From Candidatus Pacearchaeota archaeon (GTDB lineage Archaea; Nanobdellota; Nanobdellia; Pacearchaeales; GW2011-AR1), in the NCBI GenBank assembly GCA_016866995.1, contig VGKQ01000004.1, positions 1 through 61,103 of the forward strand: a stretch of DNA of 61,103 nucleotides. Direction: 5' to 3'. How positions within the stretch are numbered: the stretch's first letter is position 1; every line of letters begins with the position of its first letter. Positions 18,761 to 30,077 of this stretch are shown piece by piece. A program made the position numbers and the translations under genes. The notes under the pieces are model-generated. The model searched no databases. It saw only the letters and a program-made list of their open reading frames with translations, and was not told the DNA's origin.

Positions 18761-21700
18761 GTGAGATATAACTTGAAATTTTTTAAAAATTTCAGAAAGT
18801 ATGGAAAAGCAAATTTAGAATTTTTTATTTTTCTTGCTGTTTTTTTTGTAGCTGTGATTTCTGTTTATTCTTACAGCGTTCTTGGAGAATTTTCTTCATC
18901 TAGTCTTTCTGCATTGCAGACAGGCACAGACTGCGGAAGGCTTTTAGGAAATTATTCAGGATGCGCAGCAGATTCTGCTTGTATGTGGAAAAATAATTCT
19001 GGAACAATTTTAGAAGATCCGTGGTGCACTATAAATTTTACTAATTATAATTCTTCTGACTCATGCATTTTTGGAGGTCCGAGCGTTGGAATACCGTGCC
19101 GCAATTTAACTGGCGGATCAATACTTAATGCAGGATGTTGCCTGTATAAGATGGGAGGAGGAGGAGGCGGAGGAGGAATGATGGGTTGCCCGCAGTTTGA
19201 CGGAAATTATTCAGGGTGCGCGAATAGCAGTGTTTATGGGATTACAGGATGTTCATGGAAGGCAAATAACATAAACCAGAACCCGTGGTGCATGATTAAT
19301 TCTTTAAATAATGCAAGAAGCAAGAATCCGAGCGCAACAACTGTTGATATAGGGTGCTGTGAGATGCAGGGATGCTGGAGTTTCAGGGGAAATCAGACAA
19401 TTGTAAATGCAACTTATGGATATAATTGCACTTCTGCATTAGGCGGAGTTTGCAGTTATAGCACTGCATGTCCCGAGCCAGGAGGATGTTGTGCTCCAAA
19501 AGCATGCAATGAAGTAAGCACTCAGGACAAGTGCAACCAGCTTATACAGCTTGGAAATCCGTGCACATGGAGCGGGAGTTGCCAGATGGTTGGAGGAGGA
19601 TTTTTCCAATATAATACTACTGACTCGTGCTTTTCACAAGCAGGATGGTGGAATGGCTCTACATGTATTATGCCTGGAGCTTCTGGCGGAGGAGGAATGG
19701 GCGGAGGGGGAGGAGGATTTATGTTTGCCCAGGAGGCAAGATGCTGGTTTGCTGACAACAAGCCTGGAATATGCAATAATGTTACAGGATGCATTTATTG
19801 CAATGATACAACTACTCAGATAAATAATGATTCTAGTATTTGCTATAATAAAAGAGCAGGGGCATGCCAAGGGCATGAGCCAGCATATACTAATTGGAAT
19901 GGAACTGCCAGTGTTTCTATTACAGATACAGGATTAAGTATTTTATCAATGAATTGCACTCATATTAGATTAAAACAGATATGCAACTGCGGGCCTCTTC
20001 CAAATTGTGTTTGGGCAAATACAACATCTGATTCTGGAAGTTTTTGCCAGCCTGGATTAAAATCAACTGATAATATGCAGTCATGCCAGCCGCCTGCTCC
20101 ATTTTGCGAGCATTCGCTTGCAAAAAATAATGAAACTTTATGCTTACAATTAGCTGAAACTTATATGATGCCGTGCAAGTGGGAAAATACAACAACCCCT
20201 GCGCTAAACTGCACATTTAATTCAAATGCTGTTTTTGGAACAGGAACAGGCGGAGGAAATTTAGATTATAATTTGATAAGCGGAGAGACATCTTGTGTGG
20301 CAGCAGGAGGAACATGGAGAAGCGAGTATTATGTTGACAATGACGGAACATTCAAACAGGATTCGTGGTGTGAGAAAGGAGCAATGTTTGATTTTGCATC
20401 TAGAATGGCAGTTGGAAACAAAGGAAATTGCGACACTGATTGCTGGGCATGCGAGTTTAATTCAACAGGAGGAAGCTGGGGAACAGGAGCTAATGGTATT
20501 GGTAATGCAACTTTTGCGTGTGTAGGAAGCAAAAAAGGAGTTTGTGTCTGGAAGAATGATACAAATGCCCCAAATGATTTGGGTTATTGTGATTATCCAA
20601 AAGAATTCAGTTTTGGAGGAGGAAAAGATTGCGCTACTGATTGCAAGGCTTGCGAGTTAATGTTTAATGCTACAAGAGAGTGCTGGAGCAGTCCTACTGG
20701 ATGCGCGTGGTTTAATGATACTCTTGCTCCGAAAGGAGGATATTGTATGGGTTCAAGCAGAAAATCATGCTATAATGATTGCTTTAGCTGTTATGAACAA
20801 TCATCCTGCGCAAATATAACTTATCATCCTTCAATAAATTGTTCATGGGATGCTGCAACAAAATTCTGCAAGCCACTCAGCTTTACAGGAGAAATATGTT
20901 TTAATGCAGTTGATGATGATAATGACGGAGCAACAGACTGCGCTGATTCTGACTGCAGCTTTGATATGTTCTGCGGAGGAGGGAGCATGGGAAGCGGAGG
21001 AACAGATTGCAAGAGAATATTTTTACAAACCCCGTGCATAAAAAATATATCTTCAAGCGGAAAAAACTGCACATGGGTTACTCCTACTTTTGGCGGAAGT
21101 CCATATTGCGACTTTCCAGGAAGCAACTGCTGGATGTATGAAAATAATGTTAATGGATGCACAGGAAGCTGGCGCAATGATACAGGATGCATGTGGAGAA
21201 ATGCTACTAATGGGTTCTTTGGATTTTGCGACATTAACAAGACAAATACAAATGTTTGCTTTAATTCCACAAATGCTGTGAATTTAACTCTTTGCAATGC
21301 TGTAACAGAATGCCAGTGGATATCTGATTTATATATGGGAAGCGGAGGAAGATGTGAGTTCAAGTTATTTGCAATGTGCGGAGGAAATGCTACTAATATG
21401 ATGAGTTCAGCTTCATGTTATGCAGCAGGAGGAGGAAATAAATGTGCATGGAGAAATGACAGTTTCTCGCCAAATAGAGGATTTTGCGAGCCAATATGCT
21501 TCTCGAGAGATGCTGGATCATGCACTTCAGGAGGGCTTGGAGGATTATGTTCTGTGAAATCATCAAGTTGTGAGCCAGAGATGTTTGTTGGAGGCGGAGG
21601 AACAGGAGGAGGCGGAGGCGGAATGGGATTTGGGTGCCATATGTATGATATGAATTATACAGGATGTATGAGAAATAATATGACTTGCATGTGGAAAACA

Positions 21701-24583
21701 TTCTCACAAAATGCATCACAAGGAGTGTGCAATGAAAAAGGGCAGGAGATGATGATACAAGGAATGGACATGAGTGCTCCAAAACCATTAGGACAAGACC
21801 CGGCTGATACAACCCCTAATGAAACTGATATAAGGCAGTTTGGAGTCAAGGATTTGCCAGCTTCATTGTCATTTGGAATAGTTGTTACTAATATTACAAA
21901 TGCTGCTGTATGCAAGGGATATATGGTTGGAGGAATGGGCGGAGGGCCTGGAAATATTCCTGTTTCAGGAGCAGGGACAGCCACAACAAAATTTTACTGG
22001 TATTTAGACACAAACAAGAATACTACTGATAATTGCAATGCAACAATTCAGGGAGGAAATAATCCAATAAATGATAAATGTTATAAATTAAGTGCATCAA
22101 TGAGAAATAATATAAGCATTTGGAGAAATACTGCTTCAAATAATGGAAAGAGATTTATTGTTACAGAAGGAGCAAATGCAAGAGTTTCTGATTATCTTAT
22201 TGTGAATGGAAATGATGAAACTAGAATATTCTTAGTCGTAAGCATCGGAGCTGGAACAAGCGCAAACGACTATTCCAGACTTAGAGATGTCATAACAGGA
22301 ACAGATTATGACTTTGCAACAGGAACAAGAAATGCAACTTTAACTGCAAGAACAATCGGTGGAGCTGAATATAATGCAGCTTCTGATCCAAGCAATCCAG
22401 ATGCAAGCAAATGGACTGTCAACTTGACTTGGGGAACTGGAAGTAATTTTTCACGTCCTGGAGCAGTTACTGATAGTGTTTGCGCAATTGATACTGGATA
22501 TGAATTCTTGGTTAAATATGTTGTAAGCTTGAGCAATGCAAGCAATCCAAACAGCGCCAGTCTTGAAACAAAATCATTTTACAGGTGCTCTAGAGGAGAA
22601 TGGGTTTTAACAAATGTTCCACTGACAAGCAACAGAAACATGATGTGCGGGATGAATATGGATATTCCCGGAGGAAAAGTGCTTGGAGGGGTTATGATTG
22701 TTATTGACAAGCAAAATCTTGAATCATTTTCAAATTATAATAAGACAGCTCCAATGAGGGTGTTTATTTCAAGCGCGAATGCAACATATTCTGAGCTTGC
22801 ACCCTTAGATTCTGTAAATTCTGCAGGATATTATACGCCTGGAAGCGCTGATTTCAAGTTTGTTGACTGCATGAATCCAAACACCAAGGATGAAAAGTGC
22901 AAGAATTTCCAGAAATTTGGATTTAATGTTTTTGAAGACTGCAAAAATGGAATTGATGATGATGGAGACGGCATGACTGATTGTGTTGATCCAAAATGCA
23001 AATTCACGCCTGTATGCGCATCAGGAACAGCATTCAGCTTTGTTGCAGATGAGAATGACAAGCAAGCTCCTACTGTATCATTCAGCAATGTGGATGTTTT
23101 GCATAATTCAGCATCTGTCAAGTTTGATACTGACGAGCCTGCAAACGGGACATTGAAATTCTATGGAAATGATTCAACCTGCAATTCACTTAACGCAAGC
23201 ATAAATGAATTAGGAGATCCTGCGCTTGCTTTTGATGATTTCAAGCCTTTCCATTTAGTTCCTTTAGACGATGTTTCTCTTGGGTATAGCTTGATAAACG
23301 GAACAACTTACTTTTATAAAACATTAATCTGCGACCCTTCATCAAACTGCGCAGAATCTGCCTGCCTGAATTTTACAACAAAAACAGATAGTGCTTACAA
23401 GAATTTTATATTCAAGATGAAACTGCCTCCTGGTTATAATGTTACAATTCCTGCTTTGAGTTATTCTGGGAATTTTACAGCAAATGCCGGAGGAAGAGCA
23501 TATGATGTTGGGATAAAAACAAATGCTTCTGTTTCAAGAAATATGAATGTTACAATTAATTGCGGAACTCAGTCAATGACATTTATAGGAGTTGATATAA
23601 TGAAGCCAAAAAGCATTGATTTGACAAATGCGTTTGTCTGCAATCAGACAGGAAATGTTCTTGGAATGAACTCAAGCTCAAAGTCATGGAACCAGGCTGT
23701 TTCTGACTTGAATTTAGGAGGAAGCGGAGATTATATCAAGCTTACTTTCCCTGTCACATACAGCTCTTCAAACAATATTTCCTGGTGCAATGATGACGGC
23801 TCTACAAACTGCAGTGTTGTTAATAATTATGCTGCTTGCGCATCTGGAGGAACAAGCAAGACAGACTGCAAGATTCCAACATCGCTTGGATTTTCTGCTT
23901 ATAAAATAAGCACTGTATCAAGTCCTGGAGGAGGCACTACGCCTTCAGGAGGCGGAGGAGGCGGAGGAGGAGCAACAGGAAGCACATATTCAATAAATGA
24001 GGACCAGTTTATTCTTGGATATAGCAAAGAGCTTGCAAAAGATGACAAGATTAAATTCCCTATTGGCGGAGTGACACACATATTATTAGTTACTAAGTTA
24101 ACAAGCTCAACAATTTCTTTAAATATATCCTCAATAACAATACAAACAACTCTTGGAGCAGGAGAAGAGAAGAAATTTGATCTGACTGGAGATAATTATT
24201 ATGACTTGCTTGTCAGTTTTGCAGGATATAACTCAAGTTCAAGCAAAGGAAAAATTACAATAAAAAGTTTGCATGAATTAACTTCAACAACTACTACAAC
24301 TGAAACAACTCCATCCACAGGAACTACTCCAACAACTACTACAACAACTACAACAACAACTGAAACAACTCCATCCAGTGAAAAAAGCAAAATTAATCTT
24401 GGAAAATATTGGTGGGTTGTAATTGTTCTTGTTGTCATAATTGTCATAATTGTTTTAATTGTTTTTGGCAGGCGTGGAGTTGGAAAAGATAAGGGTGTTA
24501 TGATGATAGATGGCTCTTTTCTTAATTCTTTGAAGGAGAAAGTGCAGGGGAAAAATTATAGTGGAAAGTGGATAAAAGTTTAA
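18761..24583 (+). CDS. giant Cys-rich, N-glycosylation-sequon-rich surface protein with C-terminal TM anchor
   Basis: 1940 aa. N-terminal hydrophobic segment and dozens of N-x-S/T sequons. Poly-Gly runs are present. Motifs CFNAVDDDNDGATDCADSDC and CKNGIDDDGDGMTDCVDPKC are present. A Thr-rich stalk precedes the TM helix YWWVVIVLVVIIVIIVLIVF. GTG start preceded by agaggg. Confidence 0.85.
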   Translation: MRYNLKFFKNFRKYGKANLEFFIFLAVFFVAVISVYSYSVLGEFSSSSLSALQTGTDCGRLLGNYSGCAADSACMWKNNSGTILEDPWCTINFTNYNSSDSCIFGGPSVGIPCRNLTGGSILNAGCCLYKMGGGGGGGGMMGCPQFDGNYSGCANSSVYGITGCSWKANNINQNPWCMINSLNNARSKNPSATTVDIGCCEMQGCWSFRGNQTIVNATYGYNCTSALGGVCSYSTACPEPGGCCAPKACNEVSTQDKCNQLIQLGNPCTWSGSCQMVGGGFFQYNTTDSCFSQAGWWNGSTCIMPGASGGGGMGGGGGGFMFAQEARCWFADNKPGICNNVTGCIYCNDTTTQINNDSSICYNKRAGACQGHEPAYTNWNGTASVSITDTGLSILSMNCTHIRLKQICNCGPLPNCVWANTTSDSGSFCQPGLKSTDNMQSCQPPAPFCEHSLAKNNETLCLQLAETYMMPCKWENTTTPALNCTFNSNAVFGTGTGGGNLDYNLISGETSCVAAGGTWRSEYYVDNDGTFKQDSWCEKGAMFDFASRMAVGNKGNCDTDCWACEFNSTGGSWGTGANGIGNATFACVGSKKGVCVWKNDTNAPNDLGYCDYPKEFSFGGGKDCATDCKACELMFNATRECWSSPTGCAWFNDTLAPKGGYCMGSSRKSCYNDCFSCYEQSSCANITYHPSINCSWDAATKFCKPLSFTGEICFNAVDDDNDGATDCADSDCSFDMFCGGGSMGSGGTDCKRIFLQTPCIKNISSSGKNCTWVTPTFGGSPYCDFPGSNCWMYENNVNGCTGSWRNDTGCMWRNATNGFFGFCDINKTNTNVCFNSTNAVNLTLCNAVTECQWISDLYMGSGGRCEFKLFAMCGGNATNMMSSASCYAAGGGNKCAWRNDSFSPNRGFCEPICFSRDAGSCTSGGLGGLCSVKSSSCEPEMFVGGGGTGGGGGGMGFGCHMYDMNYTGCMRNNMTCMWKTFSQNASQGVCNEKGQEMMIQGMDMSAPKPLGQDPADTTPNETDIRQFGVKDLPASLSFGIVVTNITNAAVCKGYMVGGMGGGPGNIPVSGAGTATTKFYWYLDTNKNTTDNCNATIQGGNNPINDKCYKLSASMRNNISIWRNTASNNGKRFIVTEGANARVSDYLIVNGNDETRIFLVVSIGAGTSANDYSRLRDVITGTDYDFATGTRNATLTARTIGGAEYNAASDPSNPDASKWTVNLTWGTGSNFSRPGAVTDSVCAIDTGYEFLVKYVVSLSNASNPNSASLETKSFYRCSRGEWVLTNVPLTSNRNMMCGMNMDIPGGKVLGGVMIVIDKQNLESFSNYNKTAPMRVFISSANATYSELAPLDSVNSAGYYTPGSADFKFVDCMNPNTKDEKCKNFQKFGFNVFEDCKNGIDDDGDGMTDCVDPKCKFTPVCASGTAFSFVADENDKQAPTVSFSNVDVLHNSASVKFDTDEPANGTLKFYGNDSTCNSLNASINELGDPALAFDDFKPFHLVPLDDVSLGYSLINGTTYFYKTLICDPSSNCAESACLNFTTKTDSAYKNFIFKMKLPPGYNVTIPALSYSGNFTANAGGRAYDVGIKTNASVSRNMNVTINCGTQSMTFIGVDIMKPKSIDLTNAFVCNQTGNVLGMNSSSKSWNQAVSDLNLGGSGDYIKLTFPVTYSSSNNISWCNDDGSTNCSVVNNYAACASGGTSKTDCKIPTSLGFSAYKISTVSSPGGGTTPSGGGGGGGGATGSTYSINEDQFILGYSKELAKDDKIKFPIGGVTHILLVTKLTSSTISLNISSITIQTTLGAGEEKKFDLTGDNYYDLLVSFAGYNSSSSKGKITIKSLHELTSTTTTTETTPSTGTTPTTTTTTTTTTETTPSSEKSKINLGKYWWVVIVLVVIIVIIVLIVFGRRGVGKDKGVMMIDGSFLNSLKEKVQGKNYSGKWIKV

Positions 24584-24828
24584 ACTATTGATTATTGCAT
24601 GAGACAATAGGATTTATTGATTTTGTTATTAGCAAAAAATTTTTATATAAGGAGAGATTATTTATAGATTATGCTGATAATTTTTTTAAATTCTCATTCT
24701 AATTTTTGATTATAATTATTTTTATTAACTTTCTCAGCATAATATCGTCAATAAATGCCAAAAACTGAAAAATAATTTAAAATATAAATAAATTAACTGA
24801 AAATATCTCATTTAATATACAATATTTC

Positions 24829-27800
24829 GTGCTAGAAAAGTATTTAAACCTGTTTTTTCTTAATTCTCTATTAAAAAAAGAGATTAACTTGAGAAGCTTA
24901 AAATTATTTATTTCTGCATTATTTGTATTAGTTTTTTCTATATCATTTATTTCACTTATCTCTGCCTATTATGTTGGGAATATTTATTTTACAATTCCTG
25001 ATTCTGTTTTTAAGACAAATGAAAGAGTAGAATTTGTAGGATATCTTTTTCTTGCGAATTATACAGAAAATGGAACATATGTTTCTTCTTCCATGCCTGT
25101 TGCAAATGCGACAATTAACTTGACTATTTACAACAGCACTGTTTTTGTAAGCAATTACACATTTACAACTGATTTTCAGGGGAAATTTTACTCGAGAAGC
25201 AGTTATTACGGAAGCGCGACACAGGTTAATACATCTTCTAATCCTGGAAAATACATAATCCGTGCAGAATATATTGATCCTGAAAATATGACATGGTTTT
25301 CAGAAGTTGAAATAGAAGTATTTAACAGCACTCTGGATTTGCTGTCAGTAAGCTCTGAAAAAGTTAAGTACAACTCTCTTGAAACAATTAAAGTTAATGT
25401 AGAAGCAATAAGAATGCTTGGAGATAATTTGTTTTATATTGCAAATGTTTCTGTTTTGGGAAGCTTGAGAAACTCATCAAAAGCTGCGCTTGGGACATTC
25501 TCATGCACAACAGGAAGCAGCGGGAAGTGCTCAACAACAGTAAATGCGCCCTTAACTTACGGAAGCTATATTCTTGAAGTCAATAATTACAAGGCATTCA
25601 GCAGCTTTGTTGTCGCGCCTTTTTCTGCAAATGCATATATGAAAGATGAGCTTGGGAAGAGCATGAAAAATATTTTTTCTGTCGGAGAGCAGGGAAGAGT
25701 TGAAGTAAGCATTTTGAATGCAACATCAACAGATGTTTATAATTTTTCAGGATATATTGCCAATCCTACAGGGAGCAGCATCAAGGCAATAAATCCAACT
25801 TTATTAAACAGCAATAATTCTTTTACAAATTCATTTTTGTTCAGTATTGACAACCAATTTACTTATGGAACATATACTGCCTTTCTGACTATTTACAAGA
25901 GAGGAGACGGAAGCATAACAACTTCAACTTCTTTTGAGGTTAAGGACTGGGACTTAAGCATAAACAAGAGAGCAAGCAATTCTGGGTTTGAATATAAATA
26001 CAGTGTTTTTCCAAATAAGACAATGTATTTTGAGGCATATCCAACTTACAGGACAAATGGTTCTGTAATTCCTGGAATAAACTCAACATTTTTCTCAATA
26101 AATATGACAGACAATTTAAATAATATAATCAAGACAGCAAATATGTCATGGAACTCGTCCTGCGGGACTTCTGGATGCTATCAGTTTTACATAAATTCTT
26201 CGTCAAATACTGGAAAATTTTTCTTATCTGTAAGCTTGGCATATGGGGGAGATATACAAACAAAGAACCAGATTGTTGATGTTATAGGAAGTGTGATGTC
26301 TGCGCAGTCAACAGACAAGGACGGGAATATAAAAGAATTATTTGGAACAAATGAGTATGCTTATCTTTCATTAACAGCATATAATCTGACAAGTTCATCA
26401 TTTAATTTAACTGATGCTGAAATATTTCTTGTATCATATATGAATGGCTCTGATTTTTTATACACTCAAGTTAATAATTTTTCGCTTGTTAATTCATCAA
26501 ACAGTGCTTATGAGTGGGCATGGAATTCAACATTGCAAAGAATAAAACTTGATGTGCCAAAGGCAGGAGGCATTTTCAATGTGCTTTTGTTTGGAGATAA
26601 CAGGAGCATTGGAACTGAAACAAAATTTATTGTAAATCCATATGATGCCTGTCTTTCTCCTAAAAATACTCCTGGCAGTGTAACTAGTGGATATTATTAT
26701 GTTTATCAGTTTAAGACAACTGATACTGTATATTTTGAGATTAAAATGTATCAGGCAAATAATCCGCTTGGAAGAGCAACTGCTACAAACGGAACTAATG
26801 GAAGCACTTATGGAATGGGAAGCCAATGCGCATCTGATTCAACAAAACAAGCTGTTACAAATGCAACTCTTTCTGTTCAAGAAGTAAAAAATCTTGAGTC
26901 TGTAGCAACACAGAATATAAATGCTTCTGAATCAACTTGCCAGGCAAGTGATAATTCTGGGGCATATACATGCACTGTAAAACCATTGTCAAAGTGGGAT
27001 GGAGGAGGAAGCATTGTCAAAATAGCAGTCAGAGGGCAGGATGGAACAACAACAATAATATACGGGAGATTTGAATCAAGAGCATTTTATATGTATGGAT
27101 ATCCAAGCACATGGCAGAATAATCCTTCAAGCAATATTTCCTTGAATTTGCAGATTTATGAGGCAGGAAGCAACTGGTGGAGCACTTATGGTGGAAGCGG
27201 CGGATTGAGCGGAACAGTGACTTTAAAAAAGATTGAGTATCAGGGAAGCGATGGAGAGTGGCTTTGGCCTCCAATAAGTTATAATTATAATGTTACTGCT
27301 GTAAATTCAACAAGCATTACATCTGGAAGAGGAACTATAAATTTGACAGCTGCTCTTGCGCCCGGGGGGAGATGGAAGACAGGATATTATAGAGTTATAT
27401 TACAGGCAACAACAACATCAGGAGATACTGATTATGGGTATGCGTGGTTTGGAGTTAAGTTATGGGATGTTTATGGCTCTCCTGTTGAGTGCAATAATTA
27501 TGGGTGTGGATATAAAAGTTACTTCAATTCAAAGGAAAATGTTTCTCTTTATGTTACAATAAACAAAGCAGGAAGCAATTACTGGAGTTATTCTGGCGGG
27601 CAGGACATAGGAGGAAATGTCACATTGGGAGTAAAGAAAGTTCAGAATTGCAGAACCTGGCCGTGCAAGGAATTAAACTCAACAGATTATGTTGCAACAA
27701 GAACAACTGTTAATGCATCAAGCCCGTGGTACTGGAATGCAAACTTAAACAGCACTTTTAACAAGTATTTTGTTTATATTAATACAACAAAAGGAAGCTG

Positions 27801-29814
27801 GGGCACTGGATATTATGCTGTGACATTAGATGTTAATGGGACAGATACTGGAAATGCGTGGTTTAATACGCTTGCGTTTTATGTTGAAACAACACCAACA
27901 AATGCAAATGGCTCGGGATGGAAATCCGGAATTAGAGGGCATTTGCCAATGTATTTTAATGTAACAACTGTCAAGAATTACAAGTCAGGATATTCCTGGT
28001 ATAATGGCTCTGACTGGTTTTATATAAGATATAATCAATCAGATTATGTGAATGTAACAGTTGATGATGTTGTCTTGAGAACATGGGATTATAATACTTA
28101 CACATCAAAAGAATATAATTATCCTGAAGATATAAACATAACTCCTTTCAGCATTAATGGAAGCGCTGTTGTAAATATAACTTATAAAAATGGGACATGG
28201 CCTACTGGATATTACTGGGGAGAATTGAGCTTGAAGAATTCTGACAATGAAACTTCAACAGGCTGGCTTTGGTTCTCTGTCCAGCCGTTTAGAGTAAATG
28301 TGCAGGCAACTAATTATGAAATAGACTATGACCAGTGTGTCAATGCTTCATTATCCATTTACGAGCCAGATTGGTATTCAACAGAGCCTTTATGGGGAAA
28401 TTATTCAGTAACAAGTGTTTATGAGAATATCTGGAGCGGGGGAGGAAGCAGCACAACTGGATATACAAATTATACTTCTGGAAGCTTTAATGCAACGACA
28501 AATATAACTTTATGTCCAAATAGCGCAACATGGGGAAGTGGAAGCTGGGGAGGATATCATTATATGAATGTTGTTGTTAAGGATAATGCTTTAAATGACA
28601 CTCAGACAGGATGGCTTTATTTTAAGGCTACTCCTTTTAGAATTAGTTGGAGCGGGACAGGAGGGAGCAGGCAGACAAATGAAAACTTTAATGTCACTGC
28701 TATTGTAGTTAAACCTACAACTGGCTTGAATACAACAGCAAATTTAACTAGAATTTACCAATGGAGATATGATAATTATATGAGCACACTTGAGGAATAC
28801 AGATTTAAAGTAGGAAGCTGCGACTCTGCTGTTTCAGGACAGTGCACTGTAAATGGAACACAGAATGTGACAATATATGCGCCTAGTGGAGGATGGAAGG
28901 TTGGTTATAATTATTTATATTCCCAATGGAAGAGCCAGACTGATTCAACATTAGTAGTTGATGATTGGTATGGGATTTATTTTGATGGAAGAGAGGCATA
29001 TAATGGATGGTTTGAAAACAGGGATGCTGGCGGCTATAATTGGAAGTATGAGTTTGCAAATAATGAGAATTTGACAATCAAGCTTTTCACAAGGGATTCA
29101 AGTTATAGTGCTGCTGATTTAACTATTAGATCTGTGCAATATGCATATTCTGCTGACAGCTGCGGAGGAGAATGGTGCAAAACTTATTCTACTGCAACTT
29201 TCTCGCCAACATCAACATCTGGAGGAAGTGCTTTAATTAAAATTCAGGTGCCGAGCAATAACTGGAGTTATGGATATTATTATATAAAAGCAAGTGTTGA
29301 AGGGAGCGGAGGGGCAGCTACAATATTGGGAGGAGAGGTAAGAGTGAAAGATTTGACTGCGCCAAATGTTACAATACATACTCCTCTAATGAATGGCACT
29401 TATTCAGGAAATAACTTGTCATTTGCAGCAACAACAAGCGAGAATGCTGAATGTGGACTTGGAATTTATAATTTTGAAAGTTATTACAACTGGATGTGTT
29501 GGGGATGGAATTTATCAAATAATTCAGTAATCCAGAGATTTATTGATTCGTGCAATGCTTCGTATTATGGATATAATGGAACAAGCTATTATAATTTATG
29601 GATTTCAAAAGATTATTATTCTGCTTATAATGGCTCTGTTTCAAGTTATGGTACTGGGAGCTATATGACAACAGGTTCAAGAGCACACATCTATGTATTT
29701 AATACAACAGAATGGCCTGCACAGCATTATGGGTTGTATGTATGGTGCCGTGATAATGACTGGAATTATGGAACTTCAATGGCTACATTTAAAATAAATA
29801 ATAGTGTTACATAA
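24829..29814 (+). CDS. giant Asn/Ser/Thr/Tyr/Trp-rich secreted surface protein
   Basis: 1661 aa. N-terminal signal/anchor LKLFISALFVLVFSISFISLISA. Very many N-x-S/T sequons and repeated WGTGYY / WKTGYY / WPTGYY beta-sandwich-like modules. The start codon is uncertain (GTG at 24829). Confidence 0.85.
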   Translation: MLEKYLNLFFLNSLLKKEINLRSLKLFISALFVLVFSISFISLISAYYVGNIYFTIPDSVFKTNERVEFVGYLFLANYTENGTYVSSSMPVANATINLTIYNSTVFVSNYTFTTDFQGKFYSRSSYYGSATQVNTSSNPGKYIIRAEYIDPENMTWFSEVEIEVFNSTLDLLSVSSEKVKYNSLETIKVNVEAIRMLGDNLFYIANVSVLGSLRNSSKAALGTFSCTTGSSGKCSTTVNAPLTYGSYILEVNNYKAFSSFVVAPFSANAYMKDELGKSMKNIFSVGEQGRVEVSILNATSTDVYNFSGYIANPTGSSIKAINPTLLNSNNSFTNSFLFSIDNQFTYGTYTAFLTIYKRGDGSITTSTSFEVKDWDLSINKRASNSGFEYKYSVFPNKTMYFEAYPTYRTNGSVIPGINSTFFSINMTDNLNNIIKTANMSWNSSCGTSGCYQFYINSSSNTGKFFLSVSLAYGGDIQTKNQIVDVIGSVMSAQSTDKDGNIKELFGTNEYAYLSLTAYNLTSSSFNLTDAEIFLVSYMNGSDFLYTQVNNFSLVNSSNSAYEWAWNSTLQRIKLDVPKAGGIFNVLLFGDNRSIGTETKFIVNPYDACLSPKNTPGSVTSGYYYVYQFKTTDTVYFEIKMYQANNPLGRATATNGTNGSTYGMGSQCASDSTKQAVTNATLSVQEVKNLESVATQNINASESTCQASDNSGAYTCTVKPLSKWDGGGSIVKIAVRGQDGTTTIIYGRFESRAFYMYGYPSTWQNNPSSNISLNLQIYEAGSNWWSTYGGSGGLSGTVTLKKIEYQGSDGEWLWPPISYNYNVTAVNSTSITSGRGTINLTAALAPGGRWKTGYYRVILQATTTSGDTDYGYAWFGVKLWDVYGSPVECNNYGCGYKSYFNSKENVSLYVTINKAGSNYWSYSGGQDIGGNVTLGVKKVQNCRTWPCKELNSTDYVATRTTVNASSPWYWNANLNSTFNKYFVYINTTKGSWGTGYYAVTLDVNGTDTGNAWFNTLAFYVETTPTNANGSGWKSGIRGHLPMYFNVTTVKNYKSGYSWYNGSDWFYIRYNQSDYVNVTVDDVVLRTWDYNTYTSKEYNYPEDINITPFSINGSAVVNITYKNGTWPTGYYWGELSLKNSDNETSTGWLWFSVQPFRVNVQATNYEIDYDQCVNASLSIYEPDWYSTEPLWGNYSVTSVYENIWSGGGSSTTGYTNYTSGSFNATTNITLCPNSATWGSGSWGGYHYMNVVVKDNALNDTQTGWLYFKATPFRISWSGTGGSRQTNENFNVTAIVVKPTTGLNTTANLTRIYQWRYDNYMSTLEEYRFKVGSCDSAVSGQCTVNGTQNVTIYAPSGGWKVGYNYLYSQWKSQTDSTLVVDDWYGIYFDGREAYNGWFENRDAGGYNWKYEFANNENLTIKLFTRDSSYSAADLTIRSVQYAYSADSCGGEWCKTYSTATFSPTSTSGGSALIKIQVPSNNWSYGYYYIKASVEGSGGAATILGGEVRVKDLTAPNVTIHTPLMNGTYSGNNLSFAATTSENAECGLGIYNFESYYNWMCWGWNLSNNSVIQRFIDSCNASYYGYNGTSYYNLWISKDYYSAYNGSVSSYGTGSYMTTGSRAHIYVFNTTEWPAQHYGLYVWCRDNDWNYGTSMATFKINNSVT

Positions 29815-30077
29815 TTTAAATAAAAAATATAAGTTAAAGAATTGAAGAAAAAGGAGCTAAAATAAAAGAAATAATCAACAAAAGAGAAAGATAAATAAGT
29901 GGGAGATGGGAAAGATAAAAAATAATATAATCAGAATAAAAAAATATCACAAACGAGAAAATAAAGAATAAACACCTTAAAAAACAAGTAAATTAGAAGA
30001 AGGAGAAATATAAAATAAGAAAAATTAAATAAAAAATCATAAAAATTAATAAATAAAAAAACATAATCAAATAAAAA

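Noticed and set aside
19522-24447. Antisense ORFs inside the giant gene (for example a Pro-rich 90 aa at 19522-19794 and a Val-rich 82 aa at 24199-24447).
   Set aside because: These are shadow frames of the Gly-run and Thr-run coding segments. They are low-complexity mirror images with no independent support.
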